A DNA stretch of 64,000 nt from Atribacterota bacterium (GCA_040767965.1 JAXGNR010000005.1:160001-224000); one strand, 5' to 3'. Shown: positions 44,834 through 57,356, counted from the stretch's first letter. A program made the numbers and translations. The notes: generated from the letters alone by a model not told the origin.

Positions 44834-44974
44834 TCTTTTAAAATATTAATGATATAATGTTGATTAAGATTTCTTCTAATATATATTATTTGTAACTAAG
44901 ATGAGTACAGTAATGTTCTGATTGCAGAGGCTTATCTTAGTTTTAATTTTATCAAGAGGTTAGGGTGAATAAAA

Positions 44975-45448
44975 ATGAATGACAGAAAATTTATGCTAAC
45001 AGAGGAAGGCTTGGAGAAGCTAAAATCTGAATTGTATGAATTGAAGACAATAAAAAGAAAAGAGATAGCAGAAAAAATTAGTCATGCAGTTGCCTTTGGT
45101 GAAATTGCTGAGAATGCTGAATATAGATCTGCAAAAAATGAGCAGGCTTTTATAGAAGGCAGAATTTTGACTCTTGAAAAAATAATTGAAAATTGCGAAA
45201 TTATTGACAAGACAAAAAATGATAACACTTTTGTATCTCCGGGATCTGAGATAATTGTGGAAGATTTAAAAAAGAAAGAAAAGATTAAATATATATTAGT
45301 TGATTATATTGAATCTGATCCTGCCTCTGGTAAAATATCAATTGCCTCACCCATAGGCAAATCAATACTGGGGAAAAAAGTAGGAGACAAAGTAAAAATA
45401 AGAGTTCCTGCTGGCAGCATAAACTATAAAATACTAGAAATAAGATAA
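44975..45448 (+). CDS. greA: Transcription elongation factor GreA
   Basis: LTEEGLEKL, GEIAENAEY.SAK.EQ, KISIASPIGKS.LG. Confidence 0.93.
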   Translation: MNDRKFMLTEEGLEKLKSELYELKTIKRKEIAEKISHAVAFGEIAENAEYRSAKNEQAFIEGRILTLEKIIENCEIIDKTKNDNTFVSPGSEIIVEDLKKKEKIKYILVDYIESDPASGKISIASPIGKSILGKKVGDKVKIRVPAGSINYKILEIR

Positions 45449-45502
45449 TAATAAAATTCTATTAATTATTTTCTGAAAATTATAAATAATTTATAATATT
45501 AA

Positions 45503-45552
45503 AAATAAAAAATGAACAAGCTTTTATTCTTTAGCTTGTTCATTTTTTATTT
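45503..45552. terminator. 20-bp inverted repeat (bidirectional terminator-like) after greA
   Basis: AAATAAAAAATGAACAAGCT / AGCTTGTTCATTTTTTATTT. Confidence 0.75.
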
Positions 45553-45730
45553 ACTTTTTTTGCTATTGTATTATAAAATATATTAAAATTATTAATAGTA
45601 TTAAAAATATTGTGCTGACATTTTGACAAATATTCATTTTTGTCTAGCTATTTTCTGGCAAAATATAGTAATATGTAATTATAGTTTTAAGAGTAAGATT
45701 AAGAGTAAGATTTTACAAGGAGTGATATCG

Positions 45731-47221
45731 TTGATTGAACAAGAAGAAAAGAAAAATGTGACTATATTAAGAGAAGAAAGAATAAAAGAGATTGAACAAT
45801 TAAAATCCAGCAATATTGATCCTTTTGGCAAAAGGTTTGAGGGGAAAAAAACAATCGAAGAAGTGATTCACGATTTCAGTGATACTGCCACAAGTGACCC
45901 TTCTAATGATAATGTTACTGTTGCAGGAAGAATTAAAGGTTTACGAAAGCACGGAAAGGCAATATTTGCTGATCTGGAAGACCAGACAGGCAGATTACAG
46001 GTTTATATTAAGTCAAACTACATTGGAGAAGATTCATTTGCTATCTTTAAAAATATTGTTGTAGGGGATATTATTGGAATTACCGGGTCAGTTTTTAAAA
46101 CAAGAACTGGCGAATTGACAGTTCTTGCTAATAATTTTGTATTATTATGCAAATCAATGCGTGCATTGCCTGAGAAATGGCATGGATTAACCGATATGGA
46201 AATCAGATATCGTAAAAGATATTTAGATTTAATAAGTAATCCCGATGTTAAAAATGTTTTTATACAGAGAAGCAAAATAATAAAATATATTAGAAATTAT
46301 TTAGACGATAAAGGTTATTTAGAAGTAGAAACCCCAGTTTTACAACCTATACCTGGTGGCGCTACCGCAACTCCATTTATTACCCATCACTTAAGTCTTC
46401 ATAGAGACTTGTATTTAAAAATTGCACCTGAACTATATTTAAAAAGATTGTTGGTGGGAGGAATTGAGAAGGTTTATGAATTGAACCGTAACTTCCGTAA
46501 TGAAGGTATTTCTACAAAACATAATCCTGAATTTACAATGCTAGAATTATACGAAGCATATGCTGACTATAAAGTGATGATGGACATTGCCGAGGAAATG
46601 ATCACTTCTATTTTAAAAAAACTAAAAGGGAGCTTGGTTATAGAATATCAGGGAGAAAAAATTGATTTTAATCCTCCCTGGACCAGGCTGACTATGCGGG
46701 AAGCGATACTTTCTACTACCGGGATAGATTTTGATAAAATAGATAACAATGAGTTAAAGAAGGTTATTAAAAACTATCAACTTGAAATACCTGAAAACTC
46801 TTTAAAGGGTGATGTTATGAATGAAATATTTGAGAAAGAAGTTGAACATACTTTAATTCAGCCAACTTTTATAACTGAATACCCTATCGAGGTTTCTCCT
46901 TTATCAAAACAAAAGGAAGGCTCTCCGAATATTGTTGAGAGATTTGAGTTATTCATAAATTCCATGGAGCTCGCAAATGCTTTTACTGAGCTCAACGATC
47001 CCATTGAGCAAAAAAATAGATTTATTAAACAAGCTGAAAACAAAAGTAAAGGTGAGCTGAAAGAAGAATTTATTGATTATGACTATATTGAAGCTTTGGA
47101 ATACGGTATGCCGCCTGCGGGTGGTATGGGTATAGGGATAGATCGTTTAGTCATGATATTAACAAACCAAGACTCTATTAGAGAGGTAATTTTGTTTCCT
47201 CAGCTAAAGAAAAAAGAATAA
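45731..47221 (+). CDS. lysS: Lysine--tRNA ligase (class II)
   Basis: TTG 45731 after AAGGAGTGA; LPEKWHGL, RNFRNEG, HNPEFTMLE, GMPPAGGMGIGIDRL. Confidence 0.96.
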   Translation: MIEQEEKKNVTILREERIKEIEQLKSSNIDPFGKRFEGKKTIEEVIHDFSDTATSDPSNDNVTVAGRIKGLRKHGKAIFADLEDQTGRLQVYIKSNYIGEDSFAIFKNIVVGDIIGITGSVFKTRTGELTVLANNFVLLCKSMRALPEKWHGLTDMEIRYRKRYLDLISNPDVKNVFIQRSKIIKYIRNYLDDKGYLEVETPVLQPIPGGATATPFITHHLSLHRDLYLKIAPELYLKRLLVGGIEKVYELNRNFRNEGISTKHNPEFTMLELYEAYADYKVMMDIAEEMITSILKKLKGSLVIEYQGEKIDFNPPWTRLTMREAILSTTGIDFDKIDNNELKKVIKNYQLEIPENSLKGDVMNEIFEKEVEHTLIQPTFITEYPIEVSPLSKQKEGSPNIVERFELFINSMELANAFTELNDPIEQKNRFIKQAENKSKGELKEEFIDYDYIEALEYGMPPAGGMGIGIDRLVMILTNQDSIREVILFPQLKKKE

Positions 47222-47239
47222 AATTCGTTCAGGTATATT

Positions 47240-47512
47240 TTGAGAATAGATAAATATTTTAAAATCAGCAGAATCATCAAAAGAAGAGCCGAAGCAAAAA
47301 AAGCATGTGATACTCACAGTGTATTAATAAACGGTAGAATTGCTAAGCCTGGAGATAATGTTAAAACGCAAGATATTATCTCCATATATTTTAGAGATAA
47401 AATTTTAGAAATAGTAGTGCTAGAAGTGCCGGTTGGAAATGTACCTGTTTCTCGCTCTTCTCAACTTTATAGGATAACTAAAGAAGAAAAAAGATACTTT
47501 GATGAAGAATAG
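47240..47512 (+). CDS. S4-domain RNA-binding protein (YabO/RqcP/Hsp15-like)
   Basis: MRIDKYFKISRIIKRRAEAK...VLING..AKPG. Confidence 0.88.
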   Translation: MRIDKYFKISRIIKRRAEAKKACDTHSVLINGRIAKPGDNVKTQDIISIYFRDKILEIVVLEVPVGNVPVSRSSQLYRITKEEKRYFDEE

Positions 47513-47544
47513 ATATGTAAATTTGTTAGAATGGACAATTTGAA

Positions 47545-48906
47545 ATGGATGAAAAATTATTAATCGAAAAAATTAAAAGATTGCTGGAAAAAAAGCAATT
47601 GGATGAGCTTAAAGAGATAGTGAAAGATTTGCACCCAAATGACTTTAATGTAATTGCAAATGAATTGACCATTGAACAAATAATTGAAATATTTAAACTA
47701 ATAAAAGAAAAAGAAATTATTGCTGAATATATATCTGAATTAAATTCTGATATCCAGTCTGAATTACTTAATACGATGAGCAAAAAACAAGCCTCAGACA
47801 TATTAAAAGAAATGGACACTGATGAGGCCGTTGATCTGTTAGGGGAAATTACCCCGGAAGAATCAAGAGAATTGCTTGATCTGATGCCAAAAGAAGAAGC
47901 TGAAGAGATTGAAGAATTGATGAAGTATGAAGGAAACACTTCAGGAAGCATCATGAATAATGAATTTGTGGCACTTCCTGAAGACTTAAATGCTAAAATG
48001 GCAATAGATTATATTCGGAAAATGAGTCCTGAAGCAGAAATGATATACTATGTATATGTTCTTGACAAAAGAAAAAGATTAATAGGAGTTTTATCATTAA
48101 GAGATCTAATTGTGGCCAATGAAAACAAAAAAATCGCAGATATTATGGAAGAGGATGTTATTAGCGTATTAGACACTGAAGATCGAGAAGTTGCGGCACG
48201 GGTTATTTCCGATTATGATTTTCTGGCTATTCCAGTAATTAATAAAACTGGTGTAATGGTTGGAATGATTACTGTTGATGATGTGATAGATGTGCTTGAA
48301 GAAGAAGTCACAGAAGATATCCATAAAATGGTTGGATCTGCAGAGTTCTATGAAGACAAGCTGATAAAAGCAACCCCATTAAGCAGAGCTAAAGCCCGTT
48401 TACCCTGGCTTCTGGTTTGTATGGTAGGAGAAGTAATTTCCGGTTCTGTCATCGAATTTCATTCAGGCATTTTAGAAATAGTTGTAGCTTTAACATTCTT
48501 TATCCCGATAATTATGGCAATGGGTGGAAATGTAGGTGCTCAATCATCTACCATTACCGTAAGAGGGCTGGCAACTGGTCAGTTGAGACTTGATGAATTG
48601 TGGAAAAATATATGGACTGAAACAAAAGTCGGGTTTTTTATTGGAATAACTATTGGTATTATAATATCAATATTCACTTTTTTTTGGCAAAGAGACTATA
48701 TTTTAGGCTTAACTATAGGATTGTCTCTTTGTATTACTGTTATAACAGCTGCCACAGTAGGTACTTTGCTGCCGTTGGTTTTTACCAGGCTGAAAATAGA
48801 TCCGGCTGTTGCTACTGGACCGTTTATAACAACTGCTGTTGATGTGGGAAGTTTGATGATATATTTTAGTTTGGGGACTTATCTTTTTACATATTTTGGG
48901 AAATAA
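47545..48906 (+). CDS. mgtE: Magnesium transporter MgtE
   Basis: N domain, CBS pair, RLPWL, MGGNVGAQ, DPAVATGPFITTAVD. Confidence 0.95.
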   Translation: MDEKLLIEKIKRLLEKKQLDELKEIVKDLHPNDFNVIANELTIEQIIEIFKLIKEKEIIAEYISELNSDIQSELLNTMSKKQASDILKEMDTDEAVDLLGEITPEESRELLDLMPKEEAEEIEELMKYEGNTSGSIMNNEFVALPEDLNAKMAIDYIRKMSPEAEMIYYVYVLDKRKRLIGVLSLRDLIVANENKKIADIMEEDVISVLDTEDREVAARVISDYDFLAIPVINKTGVMVGMITVDDVIDVLEEEVTEDIHKMVGSAEFYEDKLIKATPLSRAKARLPWLLVCMVGEVISGSVIEFHSGILEIVVALTFFIPIIMAMGGNVGAQSSTITVRGLATGQLRLDELWKNIWTETKVGFFIGITIGIIISIFTFFWQRDYILGLTIGLSLCITVITAATVGTLLPLVFTRLKIDPAVATGPFITTAVDVGSLMIYFSLGTYLFTYFGK

Positions 48907-48974
48907 GAAATAAAATTAATTAATTGGAAATAAATATTTATAAAAAAATACTAACAAAAAAGGGAGGAAAATAG

Positions 48975-50251
<1,277 letters not shown>

Positions 50252-50252
<1 letters not shown>

Positions 50253-50545
50253 TGTCTGTTATAAGATCTCTTTTAGAATCAAAAATAACCTGGGCAATTA
50301 TTTTATTGATATTATTTTATATTACTTTTATATTTTCTGGTAAATATGCCAGTATTATTGAGTTAAAAATATACATAAGCGAATTAAACAATGAGATTGA
50401 AATATTAGAAGAAGAGAATAAAAACCTGATAAAGAAAATAGACCTGTTGAACACAGATTATCATATTGAAAGAATAGCCCGGGAAGAACTTGATTTAATA
50501 AAAGATAATGAGATTTTATATAAAACAACAAAAGCAAACAAATAA
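50252..50545 (+). CDS. Septum formation initiator (FtsB/DivIC family)
   Basis: TM helix, coiled coil, IERIAREELDL; directly after eno. Confidence 0.85.
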
Positions 50546-50645
50546 ATATTTTTTTTATGAAGTTTGATCTTTAAAAAGAAACATAATAAAATTAGACAAA
50601 GAAAATCAAAGTAAAAGAAACTGGAAAAAATTATTGTAAGTTCTA

Positions 50646-50674
50646 TTGACGACTTATATCATTTGCCTTATAAT
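50646..50674 (+). promoter_or_regulatory. tRNA cluster promoter
   Basis: TTGACG-17 nt-TATAAT, 11 nt upstream of tRNA-Leu. Confidence 0.7.
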
Positions 50675-50685
50675 TAATGAAGTTT

Positions 50686-50774
50686 GCCGGAGTGGCGGAA
50701 TAGGTAGACGCACAGGACTTAAAATCCTGCGAGCTGCAAGGCTTGTGCCGGTTCGATTCCGGCCTCCGGCACCA
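50686..50774 (+). tRNA. tRNA-Leu (TAA)
   Basis: Anticodon arm CAGGA-CTTAAAA-TCCTG, long variable arm, CCA. Confidence 0.95.
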
Positions 50775-50873
50775 CTTCATTTTTGATAAAAATATATAAT
50801 TGTTTGACTTTCAAAATTATCAATGTTAAAATTGATAGCGGAAATAAAATATAAATTTATAACAAAAAAATAT

Positions 50874-50950
<77 letters not shown>

Positions 50951-50964
50951 TTATTAAGAAAACT

Positions 50965-50995
50965 AAACCTCTATTGTTAATTTAGAGGTTTTATT
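50965..50995 (+). terminator. Hairpin plus T-rich tail after tRNA-fMet
   Basis: AAACCTCTA/TAGAGGTTT stem. Confidence 0.5.
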
Positions 50996-51047
50996 AATTA
51001 AAAAAGGCTAAGAAGTCTTATCTTTTCTACTTTTTCCATCCCATATT

Positions 51048-51124
51048 GGCGGTGTAGCTCAGCTGGCTAGAGCATGCGGTTCATACCCGCAGTGTCCTGA
51101 GTTCGAATCTCAGCACCGCCACCA
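51048..51124 (+). tRNA. Elongator tRNA-Met (CAT)
   Basis: GGCGGTGTAGCTCAGCTGGCTAGAGC, anticodon loop TTCATAC as in Firmicute-type elongator Met; CCA. Confidence 0.88.
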
Positions 51125-51240
51125 AATATTTGATGCCAGATGCCCATTAAATACGCATAACACTTAATCGTTAATATTATATAGGGCAAATTTGTATAAT
51201 AAAGAATTAAATCTATAGAAATTTTAAAATATTAAATATT

Positions 51241-52695
51241 TTGGATAAATTTTTAAAAAAAATTAATGAAACAATTAAAAAATATGGAATGATTGACTGG
51301 GGAGACAAAATAATAATTGCTGTATCAGGTGGACCTGATTCTATGTGCTTGCTGGATGTCCTGAATCGGCTAAAACAGCAATATAATTTATTTTTAATTG
51401 TTGCTCATGTAAATCATGGCATAAGAGGTAGTCAGTCAGACTTAGAAGCAAGGTATGTGCGCTTAAAATCCTACAAATTAAGAATTCCCTTTGAGCAGAT
51501 TTCTGTTTCTATTCCTGATATAGCCAAAAAAGAAAATATTTCGATAGAACAAGCCGGCAGAAAAATACGTTACTTTTTTTACAATGAGTTAAAATTAAAA
51601 TACCAAGCCCAAAAAGTTGCCATTGGCCATCACTCAAATGATCAAATTGAAACTGTGTTAATGAGAATAATTAGAGGTACTGGCCTTGAAGGGTTAACCG
51701 GTATTCCTGCAAAGAGAGAACACTATATCAGACCTTTATTGGAATGTAGCAGATCAGAAATAGAGGATTACTGCTATAAAAATAAGATAATTTATTTTTT
51801 AGACTCCAGCAATGAAGACCAGAAATACTTCAGAAATAAGATTAGAAATGCACTCTTACCTTTAATTGCTAAGGAATACAACTCTTCTATTTACAGCAAT
51901 CTTCTTCAATTGCAAGATATAGCCCAGGAAGAATTAATATTGTTGAGAACAATCACAGAAAAATATTATTTAGAAACTTTAATAAAAAAATATAAAAACT
52001 GGATAAAATTAGATATTCAAAAACTAAAAAACCATCCAGTCGCTTTACAAAGGCGTATTTTAAGAAAAAGTCTAAAGCAGATAAAATTTAACTTAGACAA
52101 TATTAATTATCGCCACATTGAAAAAATACGAAGGATCTGCTTAAAAAATGATGGGGAAAAATATTATAATTTACCCGGGAAACTAAGCATCAGGAAAAGT
52201 TACTCGGAATTGTTGTTGAAGTATAATGAAGTAATTAAGAAAAAAGATACGGGTTACTCTTTTGATAATTGGAAAGTTGAGTTACCTTTGTATAAAACTA
52301 AAAAAATACCTAAAATAAGTGCTATAATATCCAGTAAGATATATGAATATGATAATATTAATATTAAAGATTTGAAAAAACTATTTAACAATATTTCAAA
52401 AAACGAAGCATATATTGATTTTGATAAATTGCTGTTTCCTTTGAGTATTAGAGCCAGGAATTTTGGTGATAAATTTAAACCGTTAAACAGTAATTATTAT
52501 AAAAAAATAAAGTCTTATTTTATAGATGAGAAAATACCTCTTTATAAAAGAGGAAAATGTGGTATTTTGGTAGATGGACAAGATCGTATTGTTTGGATTA
52601 TCGGTTTGCAGCTGGATGATCGATATAAAATAACTGAAAATACTAAAAAAATACTTTATTTAAAAAAGGAAGATTATCAAACAGAAACAAAATAG
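51241..52695 (+). CDS. tilS: tRNA(Ile)-lysidine synthase
   Basis: AVSGGPDS, HVNHGIR, GHHSNDQIET, RPLL, DSSN, RNKIR; upstream of hpt-ftsH. Confidence 0.95.
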   Translation: MDKFLKKINETIKKYGMIDWGDKIIIAVSGGPDSMCLLDVLNRLKQQYNLFLIVAHVNHGIRGSQSDLEARYVRLKSYKLRIPFEQISVSIPDIAKKENISIEQAGRKIRYFFYNELKLKYQAQKVAIGHHSNDQIETVLMRIIRGTGLEGLTGIPAKREHYIRPLLECSRSEIEDYCYKNKIIYFLDSSNEDQKYFRNKIRNALLPLIAKEYNSSIYSNLLQLQDIAQEELILLRTITEKYYLETLIKKYKNWIKLDIQKLKNHPVALQRRILRKSLKQIKFNLDNINYRHIEKIRRICLKNDGEKYYNLPGKLSIRKSYSELLLKYNEVIKKKDTGYSFDNWKVELPLYKTKKIPKISAIISSKIYEYDNINIKDLKKLFNNISKNEAYIDFDKLLFPLSIRARNFGDKFKPLNSNYYKKIKSYFIDEKIPLYKRGKCGILVDGQDRIVWIIGLQLDDRYKITENTKKILYLKKEDYQTETK

Positions 52696-52726
52696 TATTT
52701 TAGGAACATTTTAAGGAGATTGAATA

Positions 52727-53275
52727 ATGATAAAACAAGAGCAGATTGAAGAAATTTTGATTCCCGAAAACCAAATAAGAAAGAAAATAAAAGAGCTTGG
52801 AAACCAAATTTCTTTGGATTATAAGGACAAAGAAATTATCTGTATAGGAGTATTAAGAGGAGCAGTTGTGTTTTTAGCAGACTTAGCAAGACATATTAAA
52901 ACCCCGATGTTAATTGATTTTATGTCTATTTCTAGCTATGGGGCTTCTACTAAATCTTCAGGCGTGGTAAGAATAATAAAAGATTTAGATGAAAATATTG
53001 AAGAAAAAAATGTATTGATAGTTGAAGATATAGTTGATACCGGTTTAACGCTGGATTACTTAATTCGTATGCTAAAATCGAGAAACCCGGCAAGTTTAAG
53101 AGTTTGTACATTATTAAATAAGAAAGACAGAAGACAAATAGATGTGCCTATTGATTACTGTGGTTTTGAAATTCCAGATAAATTTGTGGTGGGATACGGC
53201 TTAGATTTTAACGGCCACTACAGAAATTTACCATACATACTTGTTTTAAAATCGGTTTATTATCAAGTTGACTGA
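52727..53275 (+). CDS. hpt: Hypoxanthine phosphoribosyltransferase
   Basis: VLIVEDIVDTGLTL, FVVGYGLD, RNLPYI. Confidence 0.96.
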   Translation: MIKQEQIEEILIPENQIRKKIKELGNQISLDYKDKEIICIGVLRGAVVFLADLARHIKTPMLIDFMSISSYGASTKSSGVVRIIKDLDENIEEKNVLIVEDIVDTGLTLDYLIRMLKSRNPASLRVCTLLNKKDRRQIDVPIDYCGFEIPDKFVVGYGLDFNGHYRNLPYILVLKSVYYQVD

Positions 53276-53450
53276 TTAATGGCAATAAATCAAATTAATT
53301 AGCATAAGACATAAGAATTATACTATAAAGACATTTATAATAAATATTAATATATTTTTATCTGTTTGTTTTTAAATATAAAATATGCTAAAATTACCTT
53401 GCATTTCTTTCTAATTTATATTTATTTTATTTTGAGCAAAGGAGAAAAAG

Positions 53451-55292
53451 TTGGCCAAGATAGATCCTAATAATTTTAAGAACAAAAATTTTAAAAATGC
53501 TGGTTTATACCTTTTAATATTAATAGTCATAATTTCAATTTTAAGTTCATATTTCGAACCAGGTTCAAGCATAAAAGAACTTACCTATTCTCAATTTTTG
53601 AATGAAGTTGAGAATAACAATATTTTAAATGTTTCCATATCCGGAAATACAGCCACTGGTGATTTGATTAATAACCAAAAATTTTCTACATATTTACCCG
53701 ATGATCCAGAGCTTATGAATATATTACGAAATAAAAATATAAATATTGAAGCTAAGCCCCCAGTTGAATTGTCATGGTGGATGAGAATATTGTCTTCTAT
53801 TTTACCTATGGCCTTAATAATCGGGATCTGGATTTTTATGATGAGACAGATGCAAGGCGGTGGAAATAAGGTAATGTCGTTTGGAAAAAGCCAGGCTAAA
53901 TTAATGGGCAAAGAAACTCCCAAGGTAACATTTGATGATGTTGCAGGTGTTGATGAGGCCAAGGAGGAATTGCAGGAAGTTATTGAATTCTTAAAAAATC
54001 CTGCAAAATTTAACCAGTTGGGTGCCAAAATACCTAAGGGAGTTCTTCTTTATGGACCTCCTGGATCAGGGAAAACCCTACTAGCACGTGCAGTTGCGGG
54101 AGAAGCAGGAGTTGCTTTTTTTAGCATTAGCGGTTCTGATTTTGTAGAAATGTTTGTAGGGGTAGGTGCATCAAGAGTAAGAGATCTTTTCAAGCAGGCT
54201 AAAACCAATAGCCCCTGCATAATATTTATGGATGAAATAGACGCTGTGGGACGACATAGAGGAGCCGGGCTAGGCGGAGGACATGATGAGAGAGAACAGA
54301 CTCTGAATCAATTGCTTGTTGAAATGGATGGATTTGATCAAAATATTGGAGTAATTTTAATAGCTGCAACTAATAGACCAGATGTACTGGATCCAGCACT
54401 TTTAAGGCCTGGACGTTTTGACCGTAGAATTGTTGTAGATAGACCTGACTTGTTAGGACGTGAACAGATATTGATAGTTCATGCAAAAGGGAAACCCTTG
54501 AATGAGGATGTAGATTTGAAAGTTCTGGCAAGAAGAACTCCTGGATTTGTAGGTTCAGATTTAGCAAACTTAGTTAACGAGGCAGCTTTGCTGGCATCCA
54601 GAAAAAGTAAAAAAAATATAACTATGGAAGACTTTGAAGCCTCAATCGATAGGGTCATTGCCGGCCCTGAAAGAAAGAGTAGACTTATGAATGAAAAAGA
54701 GAAGAAAATAGTTGCCTATCATGAATCAGGGCATGCATTAGTAGCAAAACTTTTACCTAATGGTGACCCAGTCCATAAAGTCTCGATTATCCCAAGAGGC
54801 AGTGCGGCTCTTGGCTATACTTTGCAATTACCAACAGAAGATCGATTTTTAATTAGCAAATCAGAATTGATGCAAAGATTAAGTGTTTTGCTGGGTGGCA
54901 GGGTTGCAGAAGAAATAATATTTAAAGATATAACTACAGGTGCCCAAAATGATTTAGAAAGAGCTACTAAAATTGCCAGACAAATGGTCACAGAATTTGG
55001 AATGAGCGAAACCATAGGCCCGATGACTTTGGGCCGAAAAGAACATCAAGTTTTTCTTGGGAAAGATATTTCTGAAGATCGCAATTATAGTGACGAAATT
55101 GCCTTCCAAATTGATAAAGAAGTTGAAAAAATAATTGAAAATGCTTATAACAAAGCAAAAGAAATTTTAACTAAGAATAAGGCAAAACTGAAAAAAATTG
55201 CCACCACTTTACTTCAAAAAGAAACTATTGAAGGAGAAGAACTTGATTTATTAATGGAAGGTGCAAAGCTTGCTACAGGCCAAGCAGTTTAG
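53451..55292 (+). CDS. ftsH: ATP-dependent zinc metalloprotease FtsH
   Basis: Two TM helices, [15 protein letters not shown] motif, HESGH. Confidence 0.98.
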   Translation: MAKIDPNNFKNKNFKNAGLYLLILIVIISILSSYFEPGSSIKELTYSQFLNEVENNNILNVSISGNTATGDLINNQKFSTYLPDDPELMNILRNKNINIEAKPPVELSWWMRILSSILPMALIIGIWIFMMRQMQGGGNKVMSFGKSQAKLMGKETPKVTFDDVAGVDEAKEELQEVIEFLKNPAKFNQLGAKIPKGVLLYGPPGSGKTLLARAVAGEAGVAFFSISGSDFVEMFVGVGASRVRDLFKQAKTNSPCIIFMDEIDAVGRHRGAGLGGGHDEREQTLNQLLVEMDGFDQNIGVILIAATNRPDVLDPALLRPGRFDRRIVVDRPDLLGREQILIVHAKGKPLNEDVDLKVLARRTPGFVGSDLANLVNEAALLASRKSKKNITMEDFEASIDRVIAGPERKSRLMNEKEKKIVAYHESGHALVAKLLPNGDPVHKVSIIPRGSAALGYTLQLPTEDRFLISKSELMQRLSVLLGGRVAEEIIFKDITTGAQNDLERATKIARQMVTEFGMSETIGPMTLGRKEHQVFLGKDISEDRNYSDEIAFQIDKEVEKIIENAYNKAKEILTKNKAKLKKIATTLLQKETIEGEELDLLMEGAKLATGQAV

Positions 55293-55502
55293 CTATAAAT
55301 AAACTAATTAGAAATTATCAATAAAAGGCAATATCAAAGAAAATCTAACAGTTAATGCAGACAGATGATTTGAAAAAAGGTTAATTTAAGGAGGTGATTT
55401 TAAAAAAGCATTTCGCCAAACTGCAATTAGCTTTTTGCAAAATAATCTTTAAGAATAATCTTTATCAGTTTAGATTCTATTGTTAAGAGGAGGGTATATT
55501 AT

Positions 55503-57356
55503 ATGAAAAGAAAAATGTTTTTAGTTATGGCTATTATTGTAATAATGGTCAGTTGTGTATTTACCATAAATGCACAGGTAAAAAATCCTGACAGATTAGT
55601 CTATGCCAATATTGGTGGTCCAGAGACGATGAATCCACACTGGGCATATGATACTGCCAGCGGAGAGATTATCTTTCAAGTATATGATAATCTTATTGCT
55701 TATGATGGAGAAAGTCTCTCTAATTTTGTTCCTATGCTTTCAACAGAGGTTCCTTCAGTAGAAAATGGTCTAATCTCTGAAGATGGTTTAACTTATATCT
55801 TTCCCATAAGAAAAGAAGTAAAATTCCACAATGGTGCAATGTTAACTCCTGAAGATATTGAGTACAGTTTTGAAAGAGGAATGATTTTTGATCGTGCCGG
55901 TGGCCCTATGTGGATGATTTTAGAACCATTATTAGGAATTATCAGCATCGAAGAACTCGCAGTTGAATTGACGGGGGTAGAAAGCTATGCAGATATGTTT
56001 GTGGATGGAGAACTGAAAGAAGAGTATAAAGATGCATTAATTCAAGTTTTTACTGATTATGTGGATAAGGCTGTTGAGGTTGATGGTGACAGGATAATAT
56101 TTCATCTTTCCCAACCGTATGCCCCATTCTTAAATATTCTGGCCCATGGTGGTGCCTGGTCCGCTGTTATCAACAAAGATTGGTCAATTGAGCAAGGCGC
56201 ATGGGATGGAAAGCCTGACACCTGGTGGAACTATCATGATCCTAGAAATGAAGAAGATCCCCTTTACAATATAACCAATGGTACAGGCCCATTTAAATTA
56301 ACAAGATGGGTTCCAGAAGAAACTGTAATGCTGGAGAGATTTGAAGACCATTGGAGAGGTCCCGCCAAGTTAAAAGAAGTAGTCTACCAATATGTTAATG
56401 AGTGGACTACCCGTAAATTAATGCTTCAAAATGGTGATGCAGATATGGTATATGTACCGGTGACCAATATTAAAGAAGTTGAAAATATGGATGGTGTTGA
56501 ATTGATTACTGGTTTAGCTACATTAGCAAATGCTGTTGCTCATATGCCCTGGACATTAAATGCTGAAGGCAATGCCAATCTGGGAAGTGGAAAGCTGGAT
56601 GGTAATGGAATTCCTCCAGATTTCTTCTCAGACATCCATGTCAGAAAAGGTTTTTCATATTTATTTCCTTACAGTGTAAACATTGAAAAATCTATGCATG
56701 GATTAGCAATTCGGAATCCTGGCCCAATCCCTCAGGGTCTACTGGGATATTCAGATGATTCAGAATTATTTTATAACTTTGATTTGCTTGCAGCCAAAGA
56801 AGAATTTAAAAAAGCCTGGGATGGAGAATTATGGGAAAAAGGATTTAAGTTCAATATTTTTTACAATGAAGGTAATGATGTGCGTAAAGCAGTTTGTGAT
56901 ATGATTGCTACTTATGCTAGAATAGTAAATCCCAAATTTGAAATTACCCCAGTTGGTGTACAATGGTCTTCTTACTTAAAACAATTCCTGGCAGAACAGC
57001 TACCTATTTATGTTATTGGTTGGCTGGCAGATTATCCAGATCCTCATAACTGGGTACCTACTTTCCTGGGTAGCACTGGAACTTATAGCGGATATTACGG
57101 TGAAGCATACCGGGAATGGGCAAGAGAATATATTGATCCTTTAATTGATGAAGGACTAAAATCAGTTTTACCTGAAGAGAGAGCATCTATTTATAAAGAA
57201 ATAACCCGTATTGCTCATGATAATGCAGTAGCTTTATATCTATATCAAACTATTGGAATTCATGTCCAGAGAGATTGGGTAAAAGGCTGGTATTACAATG
57301 CTGTGATTTCAGGATTACCAGAAGGTGCTGATTTCTATAGTATATACAAAGAATAA
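55503..57356 (+). CDS. Peptide/nickel-family (family 5) ABC transporter substrate-binding protein
   Basis: Signal peptide, NGTGPFKL, GWLADYPDP; heads an opp/dpp-type operon. Confidence 0.9.
   Translation: MKRKMFLVMAIIVIMVSCVFTINAQVKNPDRLVYANIGGPETMNPHWAYDTASGEIIFQVYDNLIAYDGESLSNFVPMLSTEVPSVENGLISEDGLTYIFPIRKEVKFHNGAMLTPEDIEYSFERGMIFDRAGGPMWMILEPLLGIISIEELAVELTGVESYADMFVDGELKEEYKDALIQVFTDYVDKAVEVDGDRIIFHLSQPYAPFLNILAHGGAWSAVINKDWSIEQGAWDGKPDTWWNYHDPRNEEDPLYNITNGTGPFKLTRWVPEETVMLERFEDHWRGPAKLKEVVYQYVNEWTTRKLMLQNGDADMVYVPVTNIKEVENMDGVELITGLATLANAVAHMPWTLNAEGNANLGSGKLDGNGIPPDFFSDIHVRKGFSYLFPYSVNIEKSMHGLAIRNPGPIPQGLLGYSDDSELFYNFDLLAAKEEFKKAWDGELWEKGFKFNIFYNEGNDVRKAVCDMIATYARIVNPKFEITPVGVQWSSYLKQFLAEQLPIYVIGWLADYPDPHNWVPTFLGSTGTYSGYYGEAYREWAREYIDPLIDEGLKSVLPEERASIYKEITRIAHDNAVALYLYQTIGIHVQRDWVKGWYYNAVISGLPEGADFYSIYKE

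Noticed and set aside
51048-51124. CAT tRNA next to tilS as the TilS substrate tRNA-Ile2
   Set aside because: Its sequence and TTCATAC loop match elongator tRNA-Met rather than Ile2
55503-55580. Lipoprotein signal in the ABC substrate-binding protein (MVSC)
   Set aside because: Poor lipobox; the hydrophobic stretch continues to an SPase I-like INA-Q site
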